DNA of 64,000 nt from Candidatus Undinarchaeales archaeon (GTDB lineage Archaea > SpSt-1190 > JASMDC01): positions 1 to 64,000 of the forward strand of contig JASMDC010000020.1 in the NCBI GenBank assembly GCA_030753015.1. Direction: 5' to 3'. This document shows, piece after piece, positions 25,524-34,857 of this stretch. Numbering within the stretch: the first letter of the stretch is position 1; every line of letters starts with the position of its first letter. Position numbers and translations under genes: made by a program. The notes below the pieces were generated by a model that was not told the origin of the DNA, searched no databases, and saw only the letters and a list, made by a program, of their open reading frames with translations.

Positions 25524-27098
25524 ATGGACCTCGACGCGGCGGAACGTCAGTGCAATCAGGACGCTCATCTCACATCGACATTCAACGGTATGGCAGAAGC
25601 TCTCCACCCATCGGAGCTGGACTCGTTCATTCCTAGGATCAGGTCCATTGCTATCGATGCCGCCCGCCAGGCGTCTGCAGCCTTCGATGGATCCTCCAGC
25701 TTCTCGGCATTCGCAGATTATTACGGCCGGTTCGACGGCTCGGCTTTCGAGCTGGTGAAGGCGGGCTTGTCCCCCTTCGAGCGCATCCCCTTCCTACGCA
25801 TCGACAATTTCCCCCTCGATAACGGTGAGTGGGCCTATCTCGAGTCCAACCAACAGGGACAGGGCTTCGCCGCCATCCCACCATCCCTCTACAAGGACAT
25901 CTACAAGGCAATGCTCCTCTCCTTCTCACAGATGCACGGGGGCCTCGATTCAGTGCTTGTCATGCCCCGGAAGGGTGACGCCTTGCTCAAGGAGAGCATA
26001 GACATTGCCCTTGCGGCGCGTGAGCTCGGTATGCATGCCACGGTCCGGGTCAATCCTCCGGAGAAGGAGAGCGTCGAAGGTGACGCCGTGGTGCTGGATG
26101 GTGAGAGGTTCCAGGCCGCCTTCGTCACCGGGGGGGAACCGCCCTCGATCCCTCATGTGTTCCCGGAGCCTGCGGCGAACATGATCATGGACAACAAGAT
26201 CGTCCAGCGCATCATCCTCGAGCGGTACACCGAGGAGGAGGGACTCCCTCTCCTCCAGACGGAGTTCCACGCAGCCTTCGACCACGGAGAGCTCGTCCGT
26301 GCGCTCGACCGTATCGAGGGGTTGGTAACGGTCAAGAACTTCCTTTACGGCTCAGGCAAGGGCGTGTACTTCGTCCGGGACGTGAACGACCTGGAGAGCT
26401 ACGGCATCGCTTTCCTCCTGGCCCAGTTCAGCAAGTTCTCCTACCGGTTCGCCAAGGACTATGTCATTTACCCCGTATGCGTCGAGAAGGCCATGGTCTC
26501 TAAGAAGTACCAGTTCCAGAGTAGCCTCCGCATCCACGACGGTACGGTGTTCACTCCGGGAGTTGCCATGGCCGCAATGTGTCGTGTCGCACAGCAGGAC
26601 TATGATCCCAAGTTCATGGAACACCTCGACGAGTACATGGCCACCATCCCCAAGACCACATTCACTGCCCTCAAGGACGTGCACGACAAGCTCATCGCTG
26701 CTGATGGACGCCTGCTTATGGACGTGGACGAGGCACTTAAGGAGTTCACTAGCGAATTCGCTAAGGCCAATGAGATCGCGGAGAAAGTGAACACCATCGT
26801 GCGCAACCAGTACCTTGTGTCGGCGGGATACCACGACGCCAACGGGGTCATGCATGTGGACGGCGAACGCGTCTTCCTCATCGGCTCGGACAAGGCCCGC
26901 CGGAACGCCCAGGTGGCCCAGGAGCTCGAGGGCAAGTACGCGACGAACCTCCTTCTCCAATCGAACCTCGTGATGGCGTGCCTGGACATGGGTGCACGGG
27001 AACTGAAGGTGCCCAATGTCATGACGCCCGCCTCCATCCGCCAGTCGCTGGTGGACAGCCGGTTCGGCAACTACTTCGACGTAGTGCCCGATATGTAA
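25524..27098 (+). CDS. Circularly permuted ATP-grasp-like ligase (GshB/Gsp-like) with an extra C-terminal domain
   Basis: N-terminal RID....G...LESN, then DNK and VTVKNFLYGSGKGVYF (ATP-grasp loop). Start ATG 25524 after TTTTTATT. Confidence 0.6.
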   Translation: MDLDAAERQCNQDAHLTSTFNGMAEALHPSELDSFIPRIRSIAIDAARQASAAFDGSSSFSAFADYYGRFDGSAFELVKAGLSPFERIPFLRIDNFPLDNGEWAYLESNQQGQGFAAIPPSLYKDIYKAMLLSFSQMHGGLDSVLVMPRKGDALLKESIDIALAARELGMHATVRVNPPEKESVEGDAVVLDGERFQAAFVTGGEPPSIPHVFPEPAANMIMDNKIVQRIILERYTEEEGLPLLQTEFHAAFDHGELVRALDRIEGLVTVKNFLYGSGKGVYFVRDVNDLESYGIAFLLAQFSKFSYRFAKDYVIYPVCVEKAMVSKKYQFQSSLRIHDGTVFTPGVAMAAMCRVAQQDYDPKFMEHLDEYMATIPKTTFTALKDVHDKLIAADGRLLMDVDEALKEFTSEFAKANEIAEKVNTIVRNQYLVSAGYHDANGVMHVDGERVFLIGSDKARRNAQVAQELEGKYATNLLLQSNLVMACLDMGARELKVPNVMTPASIRQSLVDSRFGNYFDVVPDM

Positions 27099-27113
27099 CG
27101 GGGGCGGCCGGCC

Positions 27114-28667
27114 CTAGGACCACGGTCCCAGCAGGACCATGATGCCTGAGACCATCCTCACACTGGCCCGGTAGAATACCTTGGCGGCCCGGCCCCTTCC
27201 GGTGGCGATGGGGGCGGACAGGTGATCGTACCCGTACATCACGAAGTACATGAAGCTCTCGTACGGCCCAAGACCGAGCCTCAGTCCGCGGTAAATGTAC
27301 CGCACCATCCGGGTGAAGAAAGCGGGCCCGTCCCGTCTGATGTGGGAGAGGACGGTCCTCGTACCGAAGAGTATCCGGGTCATCAGGGTAAAGGCCATGA
27401 TCTGGTTCCTCGTGATGTGCTCGTGCTCGAGGTGTATCCCTCTCAGATAGTCTGAGCTGACGTTCAGGCTCTCATCGTCGATAGTGGAGCCGTACTCTTC
27501 GGCCGTCTCGTAGGCGCGCGTCCCGGCCAGCGCCTTGTACAGGAAGAACACAGGGTGCTCGATGTCGTGCTCGATGGAGAACGTCAGCGATTCAAGGAGC
27601 CACTCGGGACGCTCCCCGGGCCCGCCCACGATGAAGTACCCCGTGGTGGATATCCCGGAGCCGGCCAGGAGCCTCATCCCCTCCTCGAGCGCGTCCTGGG
27701 GGAGGCGCTTGTCGTAGATATGGTTCCTCATGTGCTCGTTCGCCGACTCGATCCCGATCCTCAGGTGAATGCACCCACTGTCCCTCAGGGTATCCAGCAC
27801 CTCCCTGTTTATGTGGTCGGCCCGCGAGAATGCGCTCCACTTCAGGCGTTCGTTGAGACCCCTTCGCTTGTACTCCTCCACGAACCGCTTCACCCAGGCG
27901 TGGTCTATGAGGAAGTTGAGGTCATAGAAGAAGACGACCCTCATCCCGAGGGCGCCGTACCTCTCGTACTGTCGCTCGATCTCGTCTACGACGGTGACGG
28001 GATCCCTCAGCCGGAAGAACCGCTTTCCCCCGTACAGCCTCTGCACGTCCGGGATCGCGCAGTAGGCGCACGAGTAGGGGCATCCTCTGCTCGCCATGAC
28101 CGGCAGGATCCCAAAGAAGAACAAGTAGTTCCTGATGACCTCCTCGTCGTACACGCCCCAGTCGATGTCCGGTATCTCGTCTACGTCCAAAGGCTCGCCC
28201 ATCGGATTCCTTTCGATCCCGTCACCCTTCCTCCACCAGAGTCCCGGCACTTCCTCCAGCGGGCCGTCGGACTCCAAGGCGTCCAGGAGCAGGACCATGG
28301 CCTCCTCGCCCTCGCCAACGACGAGCATGTCGATGTTCCCGTGTGAGATGACATCCTCCGGGGCGAGCGTTGCGTGATGGCCGCCGGCCAGGACCGGCAT
28401 GTGGGTATCGATCCGCTTGACCTCGTCGACAATCTCCTTTACACTGGGGAAGTACGGATTGGATACATAGATCCCCACAATATCCGGCCCGAATCTCTCG
28501 ATGGCCTCCCTGAGACGGGCTCTCCACGCGTTGCGGCTGTACACGAAGTCCAGGACCTTCGCCTCATGCAAGCTGTGGATGTGGATGTACGACGCGAGGC
28601 AGGCTAGGCCGATGTGTAGCGGTTCGGGCTCGCCCGTGATCGTTGGGTTGATTAGCAGTATCCTCAT
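27114..28667 (-). CDS. B12-binding-domain radical SAM protein
   Basis: MRILLINP, IGLACLASY, GGHHAT..P, VGEGE, SRGCPYSCAYC, GIESAN, FIVGGPGE. Confidence 0.93.
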   Translation of the reverse strand: MRILLINPTITGEPEPLHIGLACLASYIHIHSLHEAKVLDFVYSRNAWRARLREAIERFGPDIVGIYVSNPYFPSVKEIVDEVKRIDTHMPVLAGGHHATLAPEDVISHGNIDMLVVGEGEEAMVLLLDALESDGPLEEVPGLWWRKGDGIERNPMGEPLDVDEIPDIDWGVYDEEVIRNYLFFFGILPVMASRGCPYSCAYCAIPDVQRLYGGKRFFRLRDPVTVVDEIERQYERYGALGMRVVFFYDLNFLIDHAWVKRFVEEYKRRGLNERLKWSAFSRADHINREVLDTLRDSGCIHLRIGIESANEHMRNHIYDKRLPQDALEEGMRLLAGSGISTTGYFIVGGPGERPEWLLESLTFSIEHDIEHPVFFLYKALAGTRAYETAEEYGSTIDDESLNVSSDYLRGIHLEHEHITRNQIMAFTLMTRILFGTRTVLSHIRRDGPAFFTRMVRYIYRGLRLGLGPYESFMYFVMYGYDHLSAPIATGRGRAAKVFYRASVRMVSGIMVLLGPWS

Positions 28668-28717
28668 GCGTCACACTTCGGTATCGTATTCCCGGGCCGG
28701 GTGGCCGCTCCAGGGGC

Positions 28718-30127
28718 TCAAAGGAACCGTCCCCTCACGAACTGCGCCCCACTGGACAGCATCGCGGGGCCCGGCACCATCGATGCCAGGCGCCACACCC
28801 TGCCCGGTCGCGAGTAGAACCGTCGGTATCCCCTCCTGCAGGCTCCCGACAGCGCCGCCGGGTCCATGCCGTTTGCGGTCCGGACGGGGGTGGAGTACTC
28901 GAGGGCAGCCCAATCGGCGTCCCTCCGCTTCTCCCCGAATAGCTGTAGCTCGAGCTCGGTCCCTGGATAGGGCAAGGCGGGATAGAACTCCGCGAAGTCC
29001 AGGGGGAGCTCGCTGGCGAACTCGATCGTCCTCTCGATGGTCGCCTCCGTCTCCCCGGGCAGGCCGAACACGAAGAAGCCCGTGGTCACGATGCCCCTGT
29101 CCCTGGCCTCCGTCACCGCCCGCTCGGCCTGCTCCGGTGAGGCGCCCTTGCGGGCCTTGCCAAGGATGGACGGATCGGACGACTCTATCCCAAAGGATAT
29201 CGCGAAGCAGCCTGCATCGGCCATGGCGTCCAGGAGCTCGGCATCCACCGAGTCAACCCTAGAGTTGCAGAGCCACTTGACATCGAGCCCTCTCTCCACC
29301 ATCCCCCTGCAGACCTGCAGCACCTGCTCCCGTGCCTGCGTCACGGTGTCCCCGAACAGGTACAGGAGCTCCGCGCCGTGGTGGGCGACATCATGCTCCA
29401 TCTCGTCGAGGATCCCTTCAGCCGACCTCTGCCTCAGCTTCCCACCGTACCATAGCCGGGACACGCAGAACGTGCAGCGGTGAGGGCACCCCCTTGATGT
29501 CTGGACCATCACGTACCTCTCCCCGGTCAGGGGCATGACGTACTTGTCAAGGGGGAGGTCGCCCCAGTCAGGGAACGGCAACGCGTCCAGCTCCATGACG
29601 GGCTCCCTCGGACCGCCATGGACAGGCTGCCCCGAGGGATCCCTCCACACCATCCCGCTCACTCCGGCGGGGCCCCCGGACGCGGCCGCGTCAAGGACTA
29701 CCTGCTCCGGCTCGCCCACCACCGCAGCGTCCAGCCAAGGGAACGAGCGGAGGGTCTCCGCCGGCAGGGCAGTGACGTGCGCCCCGATGGCGACGAGTAA
29801 GCTCCCGGGATGCCGTTCCTTTAGACCCCCCGCGTAGGACATGTCGGAGGCCAGCGTGGGCGTGGTGGTGTTGATGATAACGAGGGCGCCCCGGCCGGCC
29901 TCGTCGATGGCAGCCTCGAGCCGCCCCAGCCCGCCGCGGTCGGCCTCCAGATCGAACGCCGCGCACGGTACTCCGTTTGCCCGGAGGACCGACGAGACGT
30001 ACGCGAGGGTGAGTGGTGGATAGGCGCCCAGCTTCCCGCCGAGCCGTTCCTGGCACCTACCCTCCCGTGCGAAGACCTCCGTGCCCGGGGACGGGGGATT
30101 GACGAGGGCTACGAACGGGATCGGCAC
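28718..30127 (-). CDS. B12-binding-domain radical SAM protein (HpnJ-like N-terminus)
   Basis: LVNPP....REGRCQ..YPPLTLAY, GAHVT..P, SRGCPHRCTFC, FGIES, FVFGLPGET, PYPGT. Start GTG 30127, 25 nt from TTATAA. Confidence 0.92.
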   Translation of the reverse strand: MPIPFVALVNPPSPGTEVFAREGRCQERLGGKLGAYPPLTLAYVSSVLRANGVPCAAFDLEADRGGLGRLEAAIDEAGRGALVIINTTTPTLASDMSYAGGLKERHPGSLLVAIGAHVTALPAETLRSFPWLDAAVVGEPEQVVLDAAASGGPAGVSGMVWRDPSGQPVHGGPREPVMELDALPFPDWGDLPLDKYVMPLTGERYVMVQTSRGCPHRCTFCVSRLWYGGKLRQRSAEGILDEMEHDVAHHGAELLYLFGDTVTQAREQVLQVCRGMVERGLDVKWLCNSRVDSVDAELLDAMADAGCFAISFGIESSDPSILGKARKGASPEQAERAVTEARDRGIVTTGFFVFGLPGETEATIERTIEFASELPLDFAEFYPALPYPGTELELQLFGEKRRDADWAALEYSTPVRTANGMDPAALSGACRRGYRRFYSRPGRVWRLASMVPGPAMLSSGAQFVRGRFL

Positions 30128-30219
30128 GGTCCAGAACACCACTGGTAACAATTTATAACTTGTCCAGCGTGCCCTGTCGCAAGTGGGCCGCGCCACAGCG
30201 TAGGCCTGCGGAGAGGAAT

Positions 30220-31923
30220 ATGAAGGTCCTTGGTATCGTGGACGCCACGCAGAACAGCGCGGCGTGCCTTGTTGAGAACGGTGAGATCCTGGCATGTGTC
30301 CAGGAGGAGAGGCTGAGCAGGGTCAAGCACTGCGGGGGTTTCCCGGTACTCGCCATCAGGGAGGTGCTCCGCGCCACGGACACCCGCCCCGGGGAGATCA
30401 ACGTCGTCAGGGCCGGCTTCTCCGAATACGATTTGCCTCTCCGGCTGCTGTCTGGTGTCCTGAATCCCGGGCCCACACGCATGATGGACCATCCCCTCGA
30501 AGCGGTCAAGGTCGCGGGCATCGAGGCGTACCGCCGCACCGTCCGCTCCACGCCGCTCGTGAGGCTCGACACCAGGCTGTCCAAGGGGCTGTTCGGAAGG
30601 AGGGTGAGGGGTACAGGTCTGGGTGCCGCGAGGGTTGAGCACGTCAACCACCACCTGTCCCACGTCGCTGCATGCCACTTCACCAGCGGCTTCGACCGGG
30701 CGCTGGCCCTATCCATCGATGCCTACGGCGACGGCTTCTCAGGAGGGGTGTACGCGTGCATGGGCCGTGACATAGAGCGCCTCTCCAGTTTCCCGCTCTC
30801 CGCCTCGCTCGGGTACTTCTACGGATGCATCACGGAGCTTTTGGGGATGCGGTTCGGGTTCGACGAGGGCAAGACCATGGCCCTCGCATCCTACGGCAAG
30901 CCCCTGGCGTACGGTCGGCTGAAAGGATTATTCTCCGTGGACGGCCTCGAGCTCCGCGGCGACGCCGTGGCGCTGGGAGGCCTGAGCACCATTCGGTACT
31001 CTAGGCTGCTGTCGGGTGACAGGAAGAGGGACATCGCGGCATCAGCGCAGGACGTATTGGAGGACGTTGTGACCGAGCTGGTCACCAACGCCATGGACGA
31101 GACCGGTCTGAGGAACGTGGAGCTGTCCGGTGGCCTCTTCCTAAACGTCAAGCTCAACAGCCGCGTGGCACAGCTCGACGGCGTGGACGACGTGTTCGTG
31201 CACCCCGACGCTGGCGACGGCGGGTGCGCAGTGGGTGCCGCGCTCTCCGCGTTCGCCCCCAAGGGCCGGCTCCCACGCTCCAGGATGGACCACGCCTACC
31301 TCGGACCCGGAGCGGAGACGCCCACCCTTCGTGATATGGAACGGGCCTTCGGCAGGAGAGTGCAGGTGTCCGAGCACGCCGACGTGGCCGGGCTCGTGGG
31401 CTCCGAACTCCTCCCCGCCGGCAAGCTCGTGGGCGTGTACTGGGGCCGGATGGAGCATGGTCCCAGGGCCCTAGGGAACCGCTCAGTGCTGGCTGATCCC
31501 ACCAATCCTGCCTCCCCCCACCGCATCAGGACCACGATCAAGCGGCGGCCGGAGTACCAGCCCTTCTGTCAGACCGTGCTGGACCGGGACGCGGACGCCT
31601 ACATAGAGAATCCCAAGGGGATCGACGCGCCCTTCATGATCATTGCCTTCCCGGCCACCGAGCGGTCGAGGGAGGATACACCGGCCGTGGTGCACGTGGA
31701 CGGCTCGTGTCGGCCCCAGGTGCTCTCCAGGGATGTGAACGAGCCCTACTACAGGCTCATCGAGGCCTTCGCCGGGGAGACCGGGGTGCCTGTAGTGCTG
31801 AACACCTCGTTCAACCGTAGCGGTGAGCCCATCGTCCACACGGCCGAGCAGGCGGTCAACGACCTGTTCGAGGGCGGTCTCGACGCTGTCGTCATTGGCG
31901 ACCTTATCGTGGAAAGGGCATGA
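30220..31923 (+). CDS. O-carbamoyltransferase (NodU/CmcH family)
   Basis: QEERLSRVKH, HHLSHVAA, SLG.FY, EGKTMALA.YG, GGLFLNVKLN, GDGG, GRME.GPRALGNRS, LNTSFN. Confidence 0.95.
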   Translation: MKVLGIVDATQNSAACLVENGEILACVQEERLSRVKHCGGFPVLAIREVLRATDTRPGEINVVRAGFSEYDLPLRLLSGVLNPGPTRMMDHPLEAVKVAGIEAYRRTVRSTPLVRLDTRLSKGLFGRRVRGTGLGAARVEHVNHHLSHVAACHFTSGFDRALALSIDAYGDGFSGGVYACMGRDIERLSSFPLSASLGYFYGCITELLGMRFGFDEGKTMALASYGKPLAYGRLKGLFSVDGLELRGDAVALGGLSTIRYSRLLSGDRKRDIAASAQDVLEDVVTELVTNAMDETGLRNVELSGGLFLNVKLNSRVAQLDGVDDVFVHPDAGDGGCAVGAALSAFAPKGRLPRSRMDHAYLGPGAETPTLRDMERAFGRRVQVSEHADVAGLVGSELLPAGKLVGVYWGRMEHGPRALGNRSVLADPTNPASPHRIRTTIKRRPEYQPFCQTVLDRDADAYIENPKGIDAPFMIIAFPATERSREDTPAVVHVDGSCRPQVLSRDVNEPYYRLIEAFAGETGVPVVLNTSFNRSGEPIVHTAEQAVNDLFEGGLDAVVIGDLIVERA

Positions 31924-31950
31924 TCCAGGTGCTCACGCATACATCTTGTA

Positions 31951-32775
31951 TCATGCCAGTTCATCGGCCAGTTCACGCAACGTTACGATCTCATATTTAG
32001 CGGCCAGATGTACCACGGCCTCCTCGATAGCGCTCACGGAGGTCTCCCGGGGCTGGACGCGGAACCGCTGCTGGATGATGCGCTGTGAAACTCCCTCCAC
32101 AAGGTCCCGGGCGTGGAAGTTCACCACTAGGGGCGCTCCATCGTCCGCCCTTTGCTCCAGCTGACGCTTGAACCAGCTGAGACCGAAGGTGAGCATTGTA
32201 GTACCGTTCACAGGCAACCATGGGAATCCCGAGCTCAGGACAGGGAGTTCTACAATCCCTCCCTGGACGAAGGGTGCGCCGCCCCGATGGACACCCTCCC
32301 GGGACATGTAAGGCGGGAGCACGCATCGAAGAAGGGAAGAGTCATAGATGTATCCTTGCTCGGCCAGCACTGCGAGAGACCGCGGTGAGTAGTCGTAGTC
32401 CGGTGCACGGAAGCCCACTGGCTCAGAACCCAAACGGTCACGGATAGCCTCGTGAGCCTTGTGTACCTCCTCCCGCATCCGTGCCGGCGGGAGCGTCCCG
32501 AACCGATCAGGATGGGTATGCGTGTGGTTCCCCAGCTCATGTCGGTCAATACCGTCGAACACTTCCCGATCGAGACCTTCGAGCGTGCGCCCCACCACGA
32601 AGAGCGTGGCCCGACAGTCCGCCCGTTCGCACAGTTCCACTATCCGCGGAACGGCCTCGACCAGCACGGGATCGGCCGCGTCGGACGGTGTGGGAAGGAG
32701 GCCCATATCGGTCAGCAATCGGGGGCTCGTACCGTCGAGGTCGAAGCTCACCACAGCACGCGGTGCGCCGGTCAT
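31951..32775 (-). CDS. Polysaccharide deacetylase (NodB/CE4 family)
   Basis: SFDLD, ATLFVVG, HELGNHTHTH, GFRAP, YDSS, NFH. Confidence 0.92.
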   Translation of the reverse strand: MTGAPRAVVSFDLDGTSPRLLTDMGLLPTPSDAADPVLVEAVPRIVELCERADCRATLFVVGRTLEGLDREVFDGIDRHELGNHTHTHPDRFGTLPPARMREEVHKAHEAIRDRLGSEPVGFRAPDYDYSPRSLAVLAEQGYIYDSSLLRCVLPPYMSREGVHRGGAPFVQGGIVELPVLSSGFPWLPVNGTTMLTFGLSWFKRQLEQRADDGAPLVVNFHARDLVEGVSQRIIQQRFRVQPRETSVSAIEEAVVHLAAKYEIVTLRELADELA

Positions 32776-32777
32776 CG

Positions 32778-33497
32778 TCAGCCCCCCCCGAACCGGCCGG
32801 CCACCAATCGAGCGAGCATCGATAGGTATCTGATGATCATGCCCGGGCCGAGGTGGAACTTGGAGTTCCCCCGCTCTCGGAATGTAAGAGTGATGGGTAC
32901 CTCAGCCAGCCTGAATCCCGCGTTACGGGCCTGGGACGCGGTCTCCACCTGGATGGTGAAGCCGGTGCTGGACGGCTCTATCGTCCGCCATACCTCGCTG
33001 CGCACCGCCCGGTAGCCCGAGGTCACGTCGGAGACCGGGAGCCCCAGCAGGAGCCTGAACAAAGGATTAGATATCCAAGAGAGCGCTCGCCTGAAGGCAG
33101 GGACGCCAATGACAGCACCACCCTGTGCGAACCGGGAGCCGATCACGAGGTCCGCGGCTCCCACCGCCGCCAGCAACCGGGGGAGCTCGTCCGGATCATG
33201 GGTCAGGTCGCCGTCCATGAACACGAGGACGTCCACCTCGTCCTTCAATGCCTTGGCACCGTCAGTGATGGCCACGCCCAGACCGCGGTTCACCTCGTGG
33301 GTGAGCACACGGAGATAAGGGTGCTCGGCCACTGATGCCTCAAGGAGCTGTGCTGTGGCGTCCGTGGAGCCATCGTCCACGACGAGGACCACGGCCTTCA
33401 GTCCCTCGTCTTTCAGGATGCGTGCCAAAGATGTGAGGAGGATCTCGACGTTCTCCTCCTCGTTGTACATTGGGATAACGATGCCGATCCTGTCCAT
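32778..33497 (-). CDS. GT2 glycosyltransferase (polyprenol/dolichol-phosphate sugar synthase-like)
   Basis: VIPMYNEEEN, VDDGSTD.T, NRGLG.A, MDGD.TH.P, IGSRF, D.TSGYR. Confidence 0.93.
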   Translation of the reverse strand: MDRIGIVIPMYNEEENVEILLTSLARILKDEGLKAVVLVVDDGSTDATAQLLEASVAEHPYLRVLTHEVNRGLGVAITDGAKALKDEVDVLVFMDGDLTHDPDELPRLLAAVGAADLVIGSRFAQGGAVIGVPAFRRALSWISNPLFRLLLGLPVSDVTSGYRAVRSEVWRTIEPSSTGFTIQVETASQARNAGFRLAEVPITLTFRERGNSKFHLGPGMIIRYLSMLARLVAGRFGGG

Positions 33498-34850
33498 CTA
33501 CCCCTTCACCCCCAGCAATCCCAGGCCTTGGAACGCCGCAAGATAGGCACCAAGGCGAGTGTATGCTCGCGGTTTCGATAGGAACCATGTCATGACCTCG
33601 GCGACCTTCCCGGGCCGGAGATAGAACGTGCGCCATGCGGTATCCACGAAGTCGTCTATCTCCTCTGGCGAGAGGTCGCAGAGCTCCCCTTCGCCGGCTT
33701 TGGAGCTCAGTTCAGAGCCCTCGAGCAGGAGGTGCCGGTAGTATTTCGTAATGGTCGCATCCACGTCGTATGTGTAGGCCATGTTGCGCTCGATGGTAGC
33801 CGGGCTTTCGCCCGGTAGACCGAAGATGACATCAAGGAAGGTTAAATAGCCCAATCCCTTGGCTTGCGTCACGATACGCTGGCAGGCCTCTGCCGAGTCG
33901 GGCGCGCGGTGGATCTTCCTGAGCACCTCAGGGCAGGCCGACTGAACCCCGAGCTTGAGTGTGGTGCACCCCGCACGACGCATCTTCTCCAGGGGAGGAT
34001 CCCGTTTGAAGGGAAAGAGGTTGCAGCTCCACTCGATACCCTGGTCGAGCCCGATCATCATGTCCAGGAACCGGTCGAGCCAGGCTGGATCGGCGTTGAA
34101 CGTGTCATCGACTATGTCCAAGTACTTGATGCCCATTGTCTCGTGGAGCATGAGCACCTCGTCCCTGACGTTCTCAATGCTGCGGTAGCGTGGCCGGCCC
34201 CAGAAAGAGGGAGAAGTGCAGTATGCACACCGATTGGGGCATCCACGAGAGCAGATGATCGAGGTGAAGGGCTGGTTGGAGGTTATATTGAAGTAGTCGT
34301 AGTAGTTGTCCGGATCCGTGAAGGTCCGGTCAGGGAAGGGCAGCTCGTCCAGTTCGGCTATCTGCTTTCTGGGCGGACCGGTCACGACTCTCCCATTTCG
34401 GAGGATGGCCGTCCCATGCATTCCCGCGACATCGGTCCCTTGTGCAAGCGCCCCTGCCAGCTCGACCACGGTCCGCTCACCCTCCCCCTGCACGACCACG
34501 TCCACACCCGCTTCGAGGAACTTGTGCGGTTCCATTGATGAGGGTCCGCCGACGACCACAGGGAGGTCGGGCTCCCGGTCCTTGACCGCGCGCACGTACT
34601 CACGCACCACGGGCGCGTTGACCAGGGTGGAGTAGAATCCCACAAAGAGTGTGTCGGCCGCAACGGCCTCGTCGTACAGTCGCTCTGGAGTGATCGAATC
34701 GATAGTGAGGTCCAGGAGGCTGGTCCGGTAGCCCCTTGCTCTGAGCGTCGATGACAGGTACATCAGACCAAGGGGGGGTATCCGCTTGATAGCGTACTGA
34801 CGGGTGGCATTGGTGAAGCCGATGTCCTGGTGTGTCGGACACACGAGCAC
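33498..34850 (-). CDS. B12-binding-domain radical SAM protein
   Basis: PPLGLMYLSS, VVGGP, GEGE, SRGCPNRCAYC, DDTF, GVQS, IFGLPGES. Start may be CTG 34865. Confidence 0.92.
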   Translation of the reverse strand: MLVCPTHQDIGFTNATRQYAIKRIPPLGLMYLSSTLRARGYRTSLLDLTIDSITPERLYDEAVAADTLFVGFYSTLVNAPVVREYVRAVKDREPDLPVVVGGPSSMEPHKFLEAGVDVVVQGEGERTVVELAGALAQGTDVAGMHGTAILRNGRVVTGPPRKQIAELDELPFPDRTFTDPDNYYDYFNITSNQPFTSIICSRGCPNRCAYCTSPSFWGRPRYRSIENVRDEVLMLHETMGIKYLDIVDDTFNADPAWLDRFLDMMIGLDQGIEWSCNLFPFKRDPPLEKMRRAGCTTLKLGVQSACPEVLRKIHRAPDSAEACQRIVTQAKGLGYLTFLDVIFGLPGESPATIERNMAYTYDVDATITKYYRHLLLEGSELSSKAGEGELCDLSPEEIDDFVDTAWRTFYLRPGKVAEVMTWFLSKPRAYTRLGAYLAAFQGLGLLGVKG

Positions 34851-34857
34851 GATCCGG

